This document shows positions 26,626 through 37,803 of a stretch of 64,000 nucleotides of DNA, piece by piece. Numbering within the stretch: the stretch's first letter is position 1; each line of letters opens with the position of its first letter. The stretch is taken from the NCBI RefSeq assembly GCF_964204645.1, contig NC_134027.1:24638560-24702559 (forward strand). Direction: 5' to 3'. Made by a program: the position numbers and the translations under genes. The notes beneath the pieces are model-generated. The model saw nothing but the letters and a program-made list of their open reading frames with translations. It made no database searches and had not been told where the DNA came from. The stretch is from Tubulanus polymorphus. Lineage: Eukaryota > Animalia > Nemertea.

Positions 26626-29600
26626 TAATAATAATAGTAATAACAAGAGTCGAATCTTATTCATTTAAAAACTATGGAACTGCGTACGTAACGATAATGC
26701 TAATATCGCGCTCTTATTTTCCAGGCTAAACCGAAGTTGCCGTGCTTGAAAAAATACGGCCAGTTGAAACATTACGGTTTTCTGTCTTTGAACAATATCC
26801 GGTGTTTCGGTAAGCAGATTTTAGAAGCCTTGAAATTCCTACATCAAAAAGGTTTACCTTATGGTAAGTGAAATATTTGACGGCTCTGCGATGATGTCAG
26901 GACAACTGCCCCCCCCCCCCCCCGTTTTCTAGCTTAATTCAAACTTCACCGTTTTAAGCTTAACTTGAACTCAGATCTGCTGAAGTAACAGATCACTTAC
27001 TATTGCACGTAAACTTATTCTTCGGTTTCCTTTGATTAGGTAAATGAACTTTTTTGACGAGCCATTGTAAAAAATGGGGGGCAATTATTGTCCTGGAAAT
27101 TAACTGCTGGTATCGGTCACCAGAACCCAGGTCTACTCTAGAAAAAAAAAACAACAGTTTGAAAACGAATTTATTTGAAATGAGTTTGTTTTCAATTCAC
27201 AAGTGTGATACTGGACCCAGTTCCACAGTTGTGAATACAGTTAACTGTGAGTTAAGTTAGTTCATTTTCAATGAATTAACTCGGAGTGTTATATCTTAAC
27301 TCAGAACCGTGGAACTGGACCCTGAAGTAATAAAAACTTTGAAAGTCGGATATTTACGGAAGATCTTTTTTTCTTTCGTTTAAGGTCATCTGCACAGTGC
27401 TAATATAATCGTAGAGCAGAATCAATGTAAATTACTGGATATTGAGAACTGGTGTTTAGGTGTGCCTCCTTATTACAGACAGTTTATTACACAATTCAAA
27501 AAAATACAAGTAAGTTTTTACCTTAATACTACTGAAATATCCTTGACACTTGTTATTCCCTGGTCACATTATTTAAACATTGCTTTTGGCTTGGCATTAA
27601 AAAGCCTTTCAGCAGCATGTGTGTTAATTTTCATTCTTAAGAAGAGTGAAAATTAGTTAATTTGAAAATTTTCATGATGGTCTCTTTTCAATGAGCAGTG
27701 CGGTGTATAGAAAAATCAGCAATGGACTTAAACTAATACACCGCACGGTGGTGTATTGATTTAGTTATCAATTGCGTAGTTATAATGATCAAACATTTTG
27801 AAAATCTTTTACGTCAATTACTAACAATACATCGCACTGTGGGGTAGATGCAGAGTATAGCAGTATGCCCGTTATACAACGCACTAGAATTGATTATACT
27901 CAATTTCAAATCATCTCCAGCAGATTAGGGGCGTACTCTTTTATGACCTCCGAAGTCTCCATCCGAAATCTCCGGTTGGCTCCACACAAAATCCGAATCA
28001 CACCACCTCGACAGAAAGGAGGTTTCGGACTCTCTAAAAAGTCATGTGACCAATAAAAGAGTGCAATTGGAGGCAAACGAATTCTCCCGATCTGATAAAA
28101 GAGTTCACCCTAGGGATAGGTCATCACTGAAAGTGTTAACAGTAGACAGCGTTTCAACTACTAATTCCTTCTTGCATTTTTATCTGCCTCTAAACCTCTA
28201 ATTATTGTGCATTGTGTTATAGAGTATGGAGAGTATGGATGTGTATAATTTCGGTCGTGTTTTGTATGAAATGGCGTGCGGAGAACCGTTCTATACGGCG
28301 TCGTGCGAGACGTTCCCGCCGATGTGTCCGCCTGGCTTACGTGAGTCGAAATCCGAAGTTCAAATATTCGATGCATAAAATTTCAACCGCTGAATGAATT
28401 CCCTCTCAATTACGCAGACGTTTGGGTTCTTTAAAAAATTTCTCTCGATTTGGTTTCATTTCGCTAAATTATAACTCATTCCATGAGAACTATTTCTACC
28501 GATATTCTGTCATTACAGGAACAGTTCTGGAATCCATCCTTTCAACGGAGGCTTGTAAAAATGGTTTACCTACCGTAGCTGAACTGTTAGAATTACCGTA
28601 CGTTGATATTGTTCATAACTAAGGTTTAACCCTTTCAGTGCATCTACACCGCAGTGCGGTGTATGAATCGGTGATGGATTTTGCTAGTACACCACACTGC
28701 GGTTTATTGATGAAATTAGGAATTACTAATTATCTCTCCTGAAAGATGGCAGCATAGATGTCAAACATGGTGAAATATTAGTAACTAACGATACACCGCA
28801 CCACGGTGTAGACGCAGTATAGTGCTATTCCCGTTATTCAACACACTAGGGTGGAATTTTTCAGAATTTTCAAATTATCTTCAGCACTATAGGGTATTGA
28901 TTAGCCAGCACTGAAAGGGTTAATGCCGGTATCTATCCGTAGTGTGGACTCTGCACCCAAACATTTCTGGTACTTTTTCGGTACTCTTCCGATTATTGTT
29001 TGTCCAGACTTTAACATGATGGATTTGTTTGTAGGTTTTTCGGCGACGTTGTTTTACCCGCCACCGATAAACCGGTGATGAAAATACCGACCAAATTGAA
29101 AGAAGTGATCAAAACGGCGAAGGACTCGCTGGAAAAACGTCTGAAAGATGACCAGAAGTTGGTAAGAATTTTTAGATAGAGGAAGACTTGAAATAGAGAA
29201 CAACGTGGCTTGATCCTCGCTTGCCGCAGTAGCATCGAACATTGCCTTTCGCCCGACGATTAATTGTAGAATGTATGTTCGTATTTTTTCGAATCCAGGT
29301 GAGTCAAGTGAGGAGACGCTCGAAAGCCGAAGCCTTTCACAAACAGGAAGAAAAGAAGAAGAAAAGAAAGAGTAAACGGGTGAGAAGAATTTCGTTATCG
29401 GTTTCATGTTGAAACTTCAAGTCTAATTTATTCCTATCTGCAACAATAATCCGTTGCCTAATCACCAAATTATCATAGACATTGAGTTCGTAGAATACAT
29501 GGACTAAGTTTCATACGCAGGACCCAGTTCCACAGTTGTGAGTTAAGAGTTAACTCTTGAGTTAAAGTTAGTTCATATTCAATGAGTTAACTCGAAGTCA

Positions 29601-32600
29601 AATCTTTACTGTGGAACTGGACCCTTGATACCAAAGTTACCCCTAATGGTAAATCCTCAACCTGAGTGACGACCAACCACCAAATAGTAAAAATGTCATT
29701 TCTGTAAAACTGGCAGCAGATAGTGTTCACAAAATCATTCACTTCATTTAACTGTCTTGTAAAAAGCTGGGCCCGGATTGCTAGACCACGTATCGAAGTT
29801 ACCAGCAGGGGTAAATCCTTGACTTGAGCCACAACCACCATAATAGAAAAACCATGGTTATAATGAAAATTTGAGAAGGTTCCTAGGGATTATTTTGTCC
29901 CCGCATCTATGAAACGCGGCTCCGATATTTACTGCTGTAAATCTATTTGAATTTTGATATTTTCTCGAAAATTCCTCAAATTTGTGAATGACGAAATAGA
30001 ATACAGTGTGAACCAAGTAGATATTGTAGGATAGAATGAGTATCGATGAATGAAATTCATAGTTTTTCTTGTTTCTGTCAATTTTCAGTCGTCGATGAAC
30101 AATATCCCCGAGAATAATAACGGTACGACGTCGTCTACTAGTCCCCCTTCGACACCCGTTTCACCGACACAAAGTAAGTATCGAAATATTTACTCGAATC
30201 TTTACTCAAAATTTTCGCCGATCTATTTCACTATATAACTGATCACTTTTAGCGTAGCGTAGATATTGTGACTTTCTGAGGCTTCCGGGTTGGTAAGAAC
30301 CAGGGTCTGCCTGGTTCCATTGCAGTAAGATTAAGAATCGGCTTACGAATACATCTTGAGACTGGTTTCAAGTTGTAGGCTAAAGCACTAAAAATAAGCT
30401 TAGACTGGTCTTAAGTTGTTGGATTGATTATAGAACCTAGATGAGCTTAGACTAGTCTAGGATCTAGTTTCATTTAAGCTAGAAGATGGTCTTTTGTGGT
30501 CGTAGATGCTTATGACCTGAATTAGGTTACGGCTCGGGTTCAGTCATTGGCACCGGCGCCCCTGGAGCACGTTTTTTCATCCATCTGCTTCACTTTTCTT
30601 GCAGCCAATAAATCTTGACCTCCTGTCGACCTCTCCTGCCACTTTATGTAAGATCTTCGTGTTCGTATTTCGTGTATTTGTCGTAACATTTTAATATTAT
30701 GATATATCTATGTACACGATGTATATATGTATTACGCACTATTATCAGTAATCGGGTCAAAGCTTTTAAGCCGGTTTGGTCAAACTGGACCAGAGCAGAC
30801 CAGACCCAGGCAGGGGCGGATCAAGGGGCACGTACGAGACTTGTACAAGTCTGTAAAACTTTTTTCGTTTTGTCAACAAAGATAATTGGTTAATTTCAGT
30901 GCTGGTGTACGCCTGATATTGCGTTTTCAGACATGAAAGTCTCCTTTTGGGATATGATAAGTCCTTCGAAATTGGCCTCTGTACCCGCCCCTGTCGGGTC
31001 AAATTTGGCTCGGTCACAGGACGAGCCTGACTGGATTAAGGATTAGACTACATGGTTCTAAGGATCGCGCCGTATTTTTTAAACGAAGATTTCAGCTGCT
31101 GATTTATTATCTGGATTTAATTTTGTTTGTTTATTTCTCTCAGGATAAAAATCTGCTCAGTACCGTATTTGAATATATAACTGTACGTATGGATTTTTCG
31201 ATCGCTATTGAAACAGATTTCCGCTATAAGCGAACCGCTCGCCTCAGTACGGTTTACTCCGGGTTTACTCGCCCGACTCCGGGGTAAAATTCTATCTGAG
31301 AAAGAGGCAGAGTTTGCTGTATTTCACAAACTCTGACACCAACTCAGAGTAGAATTTTGCCTAGAGTCTGCCCAGAGTAGAAATCTCAATTTTAACCGCA
31401 GTAAGAGATAGGGTCGACTGTATTTCTCAAACTCTTACTCAATATTTGACACCAACTCTGGATAGAATTTTACCAGAACAAATTCAGTAGGAGACAGGTT
31501 CTACTGTCAGAGTCTTCTGAATTACGCAAACCTGTACTTTATATTATTTCATACCAACTCAGGGTATAGGATGTGCTCTATAAGTTTTGTTTTGCGTTTT
31601 TCCACATTCGAGGTCGTATGAAAAATAATGCTTGTGGCCCTTATCAGCCCCCACGCATATTTGATCTGAATTGTCAAACTTTACTGAGTGGGGTGGAGTC
31701 TAGTCTATTTGTAGTAGCGGTTTGAAATATGGAAAGAAATTTTATTTTTCATTCAGAATTCGGCGCTCGGCTTCTCTGCTTACCTGTCTCGGTGTAACAC
31801 GGGTATCAAACTGCAGCCATCCGTCCTGAAACCAACCCTCAACAAACGGCCACTACAACCAGTTGGGTCTTGTCCCTAATTCATTTTCACTGGGGTACCC
31901 GCAGGGCTACTGTAGCAATCAAGGATTCCTAAAAGATCCAGTTCAAAATTCATCGAAAATGAACTAATTTTGATAACGGATGGCCTACTGCTCGGCATCT
32001 GGTGGGATAGCTGGCATTGCAGGTTCCCATTTATACAACATGGATACAAGTCTGATCATAGATTTGGAACAATGGTGATAAAGTATTGAATGTCTCAGGT
32101 ACAGGTTCCTGGCTGAGGGCATGCAGGTTCCTCGCTGAGGGGGTACAGGTTCCTGGCTGAGGGGGTGCAGTTCCTCGCTGAGGGGGTACAGGTTTCTGGC
32201 TGAGGGAGTACAGGTTCCTGGCTGAGGGTGTGCAGGTCCCTGGCTGAGGGGCTGTAGGTTCCTTGCTGAGGGGCTGCAGGATCCTCGCTGAGTGGGAACA
32301 GGTATCAGGCTGCTGATTGATGCCTGCATGTAGACAGAGATAGATACAGATTTAGGCTCGGACAAAATTTCGCTTAAATGGCCGTAAAGTAGTTCGTTAT
32401 ATCATTAATAACCCACGTAACTACCCTCACATGCCATAGGCAGCATACTCTACCTGTGAGAGCGTTAATAAATCTTTGTCTGAGCTTAATTTCTATGAAG
32501 GTTGGGTGGATATGTACAGCGATTCAGATTCATTATTTCAATACGCCTAATATCTGTATGATTTTGTGTTGTATTTCAGTTTGAGTTTCTGTGTGAATGA

Positions 32601-33202
32601 ATGTAGTACGTGCATCGTCCGTTCTTTTCTGTTTCTTGTTTTTCTCAACTCTCAAATTTCTCGGATAAGACGATTAGAAAATTGGCAAAATGGTTCTCTC
32701 TGTTTAGAAATGAACGATTATAAATGGCCAGCCTCTTAAAATCGATGTTTCTTTTTTCCTGGAATTGACTGCTGGTTCAACATCTGGTGGTTTAGCTGCA
32801 TGTATTTGGTTCCCTGGTGACTGTTCAAATGAGAACTGATTTATGAATTTAGATTGAACTGATTTATAATACCAGGCCCGGGAGAAAAACCATTTTCCTC
32901 AATGTTTGATTGTATAATTGCGCCCTCAGTGTTCCTGGGGAGTCAATGTTCAAAGCAAATTTTATCTATTTTCAGATTCTGCGCCATCGCCGACCTCCAG
33001 CGGCGGAATACCGACTCCACCTCCTCCACCACCCGCTACACCTGCGGCACCGGTACCGCCTCCACCCGCGCCAACTACACCGACCAGTCCACCACCCGTC
33101 AGCGGGGGTGGTAGGCATCAACTTCTGTCGTCGATCAGCGGCTTCAGCAAATCCGGTTTGAAAAAAGCGGTGACCGTCGATAAGAGCGCTCCGAGAATAT
33201 GA
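23124..33202 (+). CDS. PXK: PX domain-containing kinase-like protein (566 aa, 15 exons; PX + pseudokinase + Pro-rich + WH2)
   Basis: Exons 23124-23225, 23861-24049, 24728-24824, 25225-25302, 25901-25974, 26062-26136, 26272-26376, 26725-26863, 27385-27509, 28223-28340, 28519-28597, 29035-29161, 29299-29379, 30089-30173, 32976-33202 (1701 nt). Motifs KRYSDF, LPPKK.FGNMDREFIAERQ, PYGHLHSAN, EACKNGLPT, R..LLSSI..F.K..LKKA.T.DKSAP. Confidence 0.94.
25378..25627. mobile_element. hAT-like MITE (CAGGG termini)
   Basis: TIR cagggtggcca / tggccaccctg; related element at about 59129-59418; no clear TSD. Confidence 0.6.
26573..26645. repeat. (AAT)n microsatellite
   Basis: Direct run in PXK intron 7; explains the poly-Leu ORF 26356..26664. 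Confidence 0.95.
28630..28919. mobile_element. piggyBac-like MITE
   Basis: TTAA TSD and the same TIRs as 20511-20798, opposite orientation. Confidence 0.88.
32095..32310. repeat. ~21-22-bp tandem repeat
   Basis: Unit gctgagggggtacaggttcct(g), about 10 copies in PXK intron 14. Confidence 0.85.
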
Positions 33203-35718
33203 TTCCAACTAACGTTCGAATTTAGACCTATATTTCCAAACGACATTCGAAAAATATTTCTAGATTCTAAACGTGCCGTCAAAACGAGTGAAATAATACA
33301 TCGCGCGATCGTTGCTCGTATTCAATTTCGAACGCAAAAATCGATTGAGAAAGTACAATAGAACTCGATTAATTCTGATTTACCGATTCTGATTTTCCTT
33401 TAATTTCTGATGAAATATTTTGTCCATTCAATCATGTTAACTCATAATTTGGATTTTGCTCAATTCAAAGAAACACAGGCAGTCTATAGTCATCGGAATG
33501 AAGTGAGTTGTAGCTGTAGATAATTCTTTCCCAAAAAGGGCCTTACTTACCGAAGGATCCAACGCACCGTATAGTAGGGTTAATGCTATAATGGTTAAGT
33601 ATATGTCGAACAAATGATATTTACCAAATTGTATTTACGACCAACACAGAATGTTTCAAAACAGTGTAAAACTGCTTGTCATCTTCCGAAATCAATTAGG
33701 AAGCAGTGATTTGTGTTTTATTTCAGCCATTGTTCAAGTCAGACAATGGTAATTGATTGATTAATTGAAGCGGTTCTAAGACATTGCATTCAATGGTATT
33801 TGGACTTCGAGTATATATTTTATAAAATATGGTACACACTTAAAGTCGGTTAAGTCGTCATAGTTGGTACGATGTTGATGACTTATCCAAATGATGACTT
33901 GTGCTTAGATAACTCATTGCGAAAATACGAAATTGGGATTCAAAATTTGAGACATTTAAGCAACATGACGTCTTAACCGAGTTTAACGGTATATATCATT
34001 GTATTGACTGATATTAATTGATGATCATAACATAATACATCGAGTAATTTTGATTTCTTATAACGACCAAAATGTCTCTTGCTGTTTTCATTAAGAATAC
34101 ATACAACTATCTTTAACCTTATTGTGCTATAAAGAATGTATATGGCTCTAAGCTAATTTTTTAATTGGTCTGGTTTTGTAAGACGGATTTTCCATTTTGT
34201 TTGCACAGCCATACTTAATTGTTTACGAGGCCTAGATTACAGGTTTTGAAAAAACAACCTGCTTGTTACGATGTATTGCGTTATATGATATCATTGTTTA
34301 AGTATTATTAGATGATCCTGGCTGGTATTGAGATAGTACGTACCATATACTAAACGGGCCAGGGCAAGTTTTGATTTGAGCTCTGTTACCCCTTTCAGTG
34401 CAGTGCCGTGTATAAATCAGTGATGGACTAAACTAATACACCGCACCACGGTGTATCGATTTGATTATTGATTAGTTAAACTTTTAAGTGAAATATGGCA
34501 GCATCTGTCAAGCATAATGAAATATATATCACCGCGCCGCAGAGTAGATACATTTTAGCAGTATGCCTGTTATTCAACACTCTGGGGGTGGAACTTTAAT
34601 TATCTCCAGCGCTAGAACATAAGATTCGAAAGCTAAACTCAATTCTGAGTTAAAACTGGTCTAGAAAACAAACCCCTGTGCTATGTGCAAATTATATGTA
34701 GTGCCAGTAGACTTTGGTTGCTCGAGATTATTGCTCAGATGACCCATAATCGCTTCGACGAGCCTCGTGAGGTTCAAGGCAACCAGTAGAGTATATTGCA
34801 AGTGGTTCATGATTAGATCTGGGCGTGGTGTTTTCACATTTGAGTCCAATTTTGAATTAGTTGGTTTATTGTATTTGACTACCTCACCCCATATGGTATA
34901 TAAGCAGCTTAGCCGTATGGGAGAAGAACACCAGGCCTCTAACCGATCTGGGAACCGAATATTCAATTCGTGAGACTGGTTCAATGGGAGGTATCCTGTG
35001 AAACTGACCCTGGGCCCATTTGTGTAGTGTGGGTATCATTTTAAATCTAAGAGTTGTGGTTTTTTTCTAGCTGGCAGTTTATATTAGTCAGACACGCTTT
35101 ATTCGGATATTAAGTATACTTTCTACAAACTATGTTGTGTCCATTACTGTCCAATGTTTTATCCCTGAAGCGTTGAAATTGATACCTGCGAAACTGGTAA
35201 CTTTTATGTGGAATTAACAGAGCTTTTCCAGTGTTTCTTCCTGAAATACCCCATAGAAATGGGTGCAGTTTCATGAAAAAGTTTTAATCTTAAAACGGTC
35301 AAGTTTGAAGAATTGTTTTCCTCAAATATGAAATAGGTAAAACCTAAAACTTTTTTCGTGAAACTGAGCGTAGGACCTAGTTTCAGTGTAGCTTAAGTTT
35401 GGGGATGGTTAAAATATTGAAAAATGAACTAATTTTAACTCTTAGAAGTCAAACATAACTATGACTGTGTAGGACTGGGTCGAGCGAGGCCTGTGGTGTT
35501 CGAAACACTGTATTCTTTCATTCCATATTACAATGTATTTAATCGAATTACGTATTAGTACTTTAATCAGTACTTCATATTCTATGTTTGTTACGACTGA
35601 CGAAAATTTCCGGTCAGAAATATATTTACGATTAATTTACCATTAAACATTCTTTACTATCCAGGAATATCCAAATTAGGAACAGTTTAACACTCATACA
35701 CTGGATAAACTTTGATAC

Positions 35719-35772
35719 TCACAAGAGCAAGCTTTCACCTACATTCTGTAGGCATCGTCAGGCTTAATGTGA
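35719..35772 (-). ncRNA. Minimal type-I hammerhead ribozyme (mirror copy)
   Basis: Exact reverse complement of 35897-35950. Confidence 0.65.
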
Positions 35773-35896
35773 CGTCATCAGATGTTGATGTGACGTCACA
35801 GCCGGATCTCGTCAGCTGGTCTGTGAAGGCTCCCGCGCGCCATCTGCTGCCTTAAGGATGTTATTCCATCCAGGGGGTAGAGCAAATCTGATGACG

Positions 35897-35950
35897 TCAC
35901 ATTAAGCCTGACGATGCCTACAGAATGTAGGTGAAAGCTTGCTCTTGTGA
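35897..35950 (+). ncRNA. Minimal type-I hammerhead ribozyme
   Basis: Stem I tcaca-tta-agc / gct-ct-tgtga; core CTGACGA (35908-35914) plus T; stem II gcctaca-gaa-tgtaggt; GAAA (35933-35936)-GC-TT with palindromic AGCT as stem III; predicted cleavage after 35940. Confidence 0.7.
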
Positions 35951-36243
35951 GTATCAAAGTTTATCCAGTGTATGAGTGTTAAACTGTTCCTAATTACGAT
36001 TAATTTGTACACGTTTTTTCATCATCTTCTCGTCGATACAGATCGACTGGGTCCCGTTTCTGGGTCCGATGAAAGCGGGCCCTAGGCTCCGATTTGACAG
36101 TTGTATATGAATTTTAACCCTGTGTGAGTCGAAATTAATTTAAACTCTCTTTTCTGGACCCAGGTTCCACACAACTTCTCTTTATTCTAAATGCGTTCAC
36201 TTTCACTGTAATACAAACCTGTTTAAGATGTCACGTCACTTAA

Positions 36244-36565
36244 AGCCCCGAACACACTATGCGATTTATCGCACAAATAGATCGCTATTTGTGATCAAAC
36301 AGATGGCTGCGTCCAGCAAACTTAAAATTGTGGATGTTGTTGCTGGTCATTGATTGGTTCGATTTCGAGTGGTTCGCGGCGAAATTCGTATCTCACGGAC
36401 ACACTGTGCGAAAATATCAAACATGTTTGATCGGTGCGATTTTCGCATGCGACGGATCGCACGCGAAAATCGCCTGCAGCCGACCGAACACACTACGCGA
36501 ATTTCGCTGCGAAATCTGTAATCGCAGACGCTGTGCGAATAAAATCGCATAGCGTGTTCGGGCCT
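36244..36565. mobile_element. PIF/Harbinger MITE
   Basis: TIR agccccgaacacactatgcgattt / aaatcgcatagcgtgttcgggcct; TAA TSD. Confidence 0.8.
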
Positions 36566-37803
36566 TAAGCCGTTGGATTAATCGGCATATTCATCACCCC
36601 AACTTGACCGCATTTCAGGTCTCGAGTAAAGTTAACCCCTTCATTGTCTACACCGCAGTGCGATGTATAAATCGGCGATAGGCTTTATTAGTGAACCGCA
36701 TAATCATGGTTTATTGATGTTATTTAGTAATTAGTTTGTATCTCTATTGAAAGATAGCTGCACCTGTCAAATATTGTTCAATATTAGTTACGAATAATAC
36801 ACCGCACCGCGGTGTAGACGCACTATGCCCATTATTCAACACACAGGGCTTAGCTCAAGAGTTCCGAAATTAAGTGATCCATTAATCGAACCCGCAATTG
36901 TGGAATACGAGCGAAGTAAATTGACGCGCCAATTCAAGTCATCTCATTTCTAAACCCTACTGGTGAATCCGGTTTTTAGAGAATGTGCTAATCCACATCT
37001 GTACAATCGGGCGTTGATGATTTTACTAATCAAGATTATAAAGTAAAGATATTTCATGTCGATAATGTTTCTCTATATTCAGTCTATATTTTATTGTAAC
37101 GTTACGAAATAAAGAATATATTTGAAATAAACTCGGCTATTTAATCTCCCCTTGGATTTATACACCAGATTCCTCTATTGCGCTCCTCACGCCAACCCAC
37201 CAAAAACTGTCAGGGTGAAATCCTCTTGAAAGAAAATCATATCTACTATATTTAATCTTTGACTACCGAAGTCGACGATTCAATTTTATTTACAAAATTC
37301 TTTAGTTATACATTAATTCACAGCATATATACATATATAAACGTTACGTTGAGTTTTAATTTGAATTTCTATTGTTCATAATGAACTTAAATTCAGAGAT
37401 AGGTTTCCATAGAGGAGTAATTGTCGAATTCTCGAAGAATAAGCCTACATCATGCAGAAAAACTAGAGTTTCGACTCAATTCTATGAGCCGATTTCTTGT
37501 CAGTTTTGAAGATGGCTGATAGAATCGAATAGAAATGCCGCTCATTTTGAAAATTTTTACGCATTATTGTCGATGTTTCTTCAATTGTAGTATTCAGAAA
37601 GTTAACAGCCATCAGTTTCAAATCTTGACAGCAACTTAAACTTTTTAAAACCATTTTTAACACGCACGGCGCAACATTTTCTCGGATTCTCGCGGTCAAA
37701 GTTTCATATTTCCTCTCTTAATAGATCATAGCACCATTTTAAATATCATCCGAAGTTTGATGAGATTTTGAAACTGTTATCGACATAAATGCTACTACGA
37801 TGA

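Larger units (their letters stand above)
35639..35995. mobile_element. Non-autonomous Penelope-like/retrozyme-type foldback insertion
   Basis: Perfect 110-bp inverted arms (35674-35783, 35886-35995) with a 102-bp loop and a ~35-bp one-sided tail; direct repeat ttacgattaattt at 35626-35638 and 35994-36006; hammerhead motif in each arm. Confidence 0.7.

Noticed and set aside
35888-35915. Alternative hammerhead core starting CTGATGA at 35888
   Set aside because: Its stem cgtca/tgacg is followed by ATG, not GAAA; the downstream CTGACGA core fits all elements.
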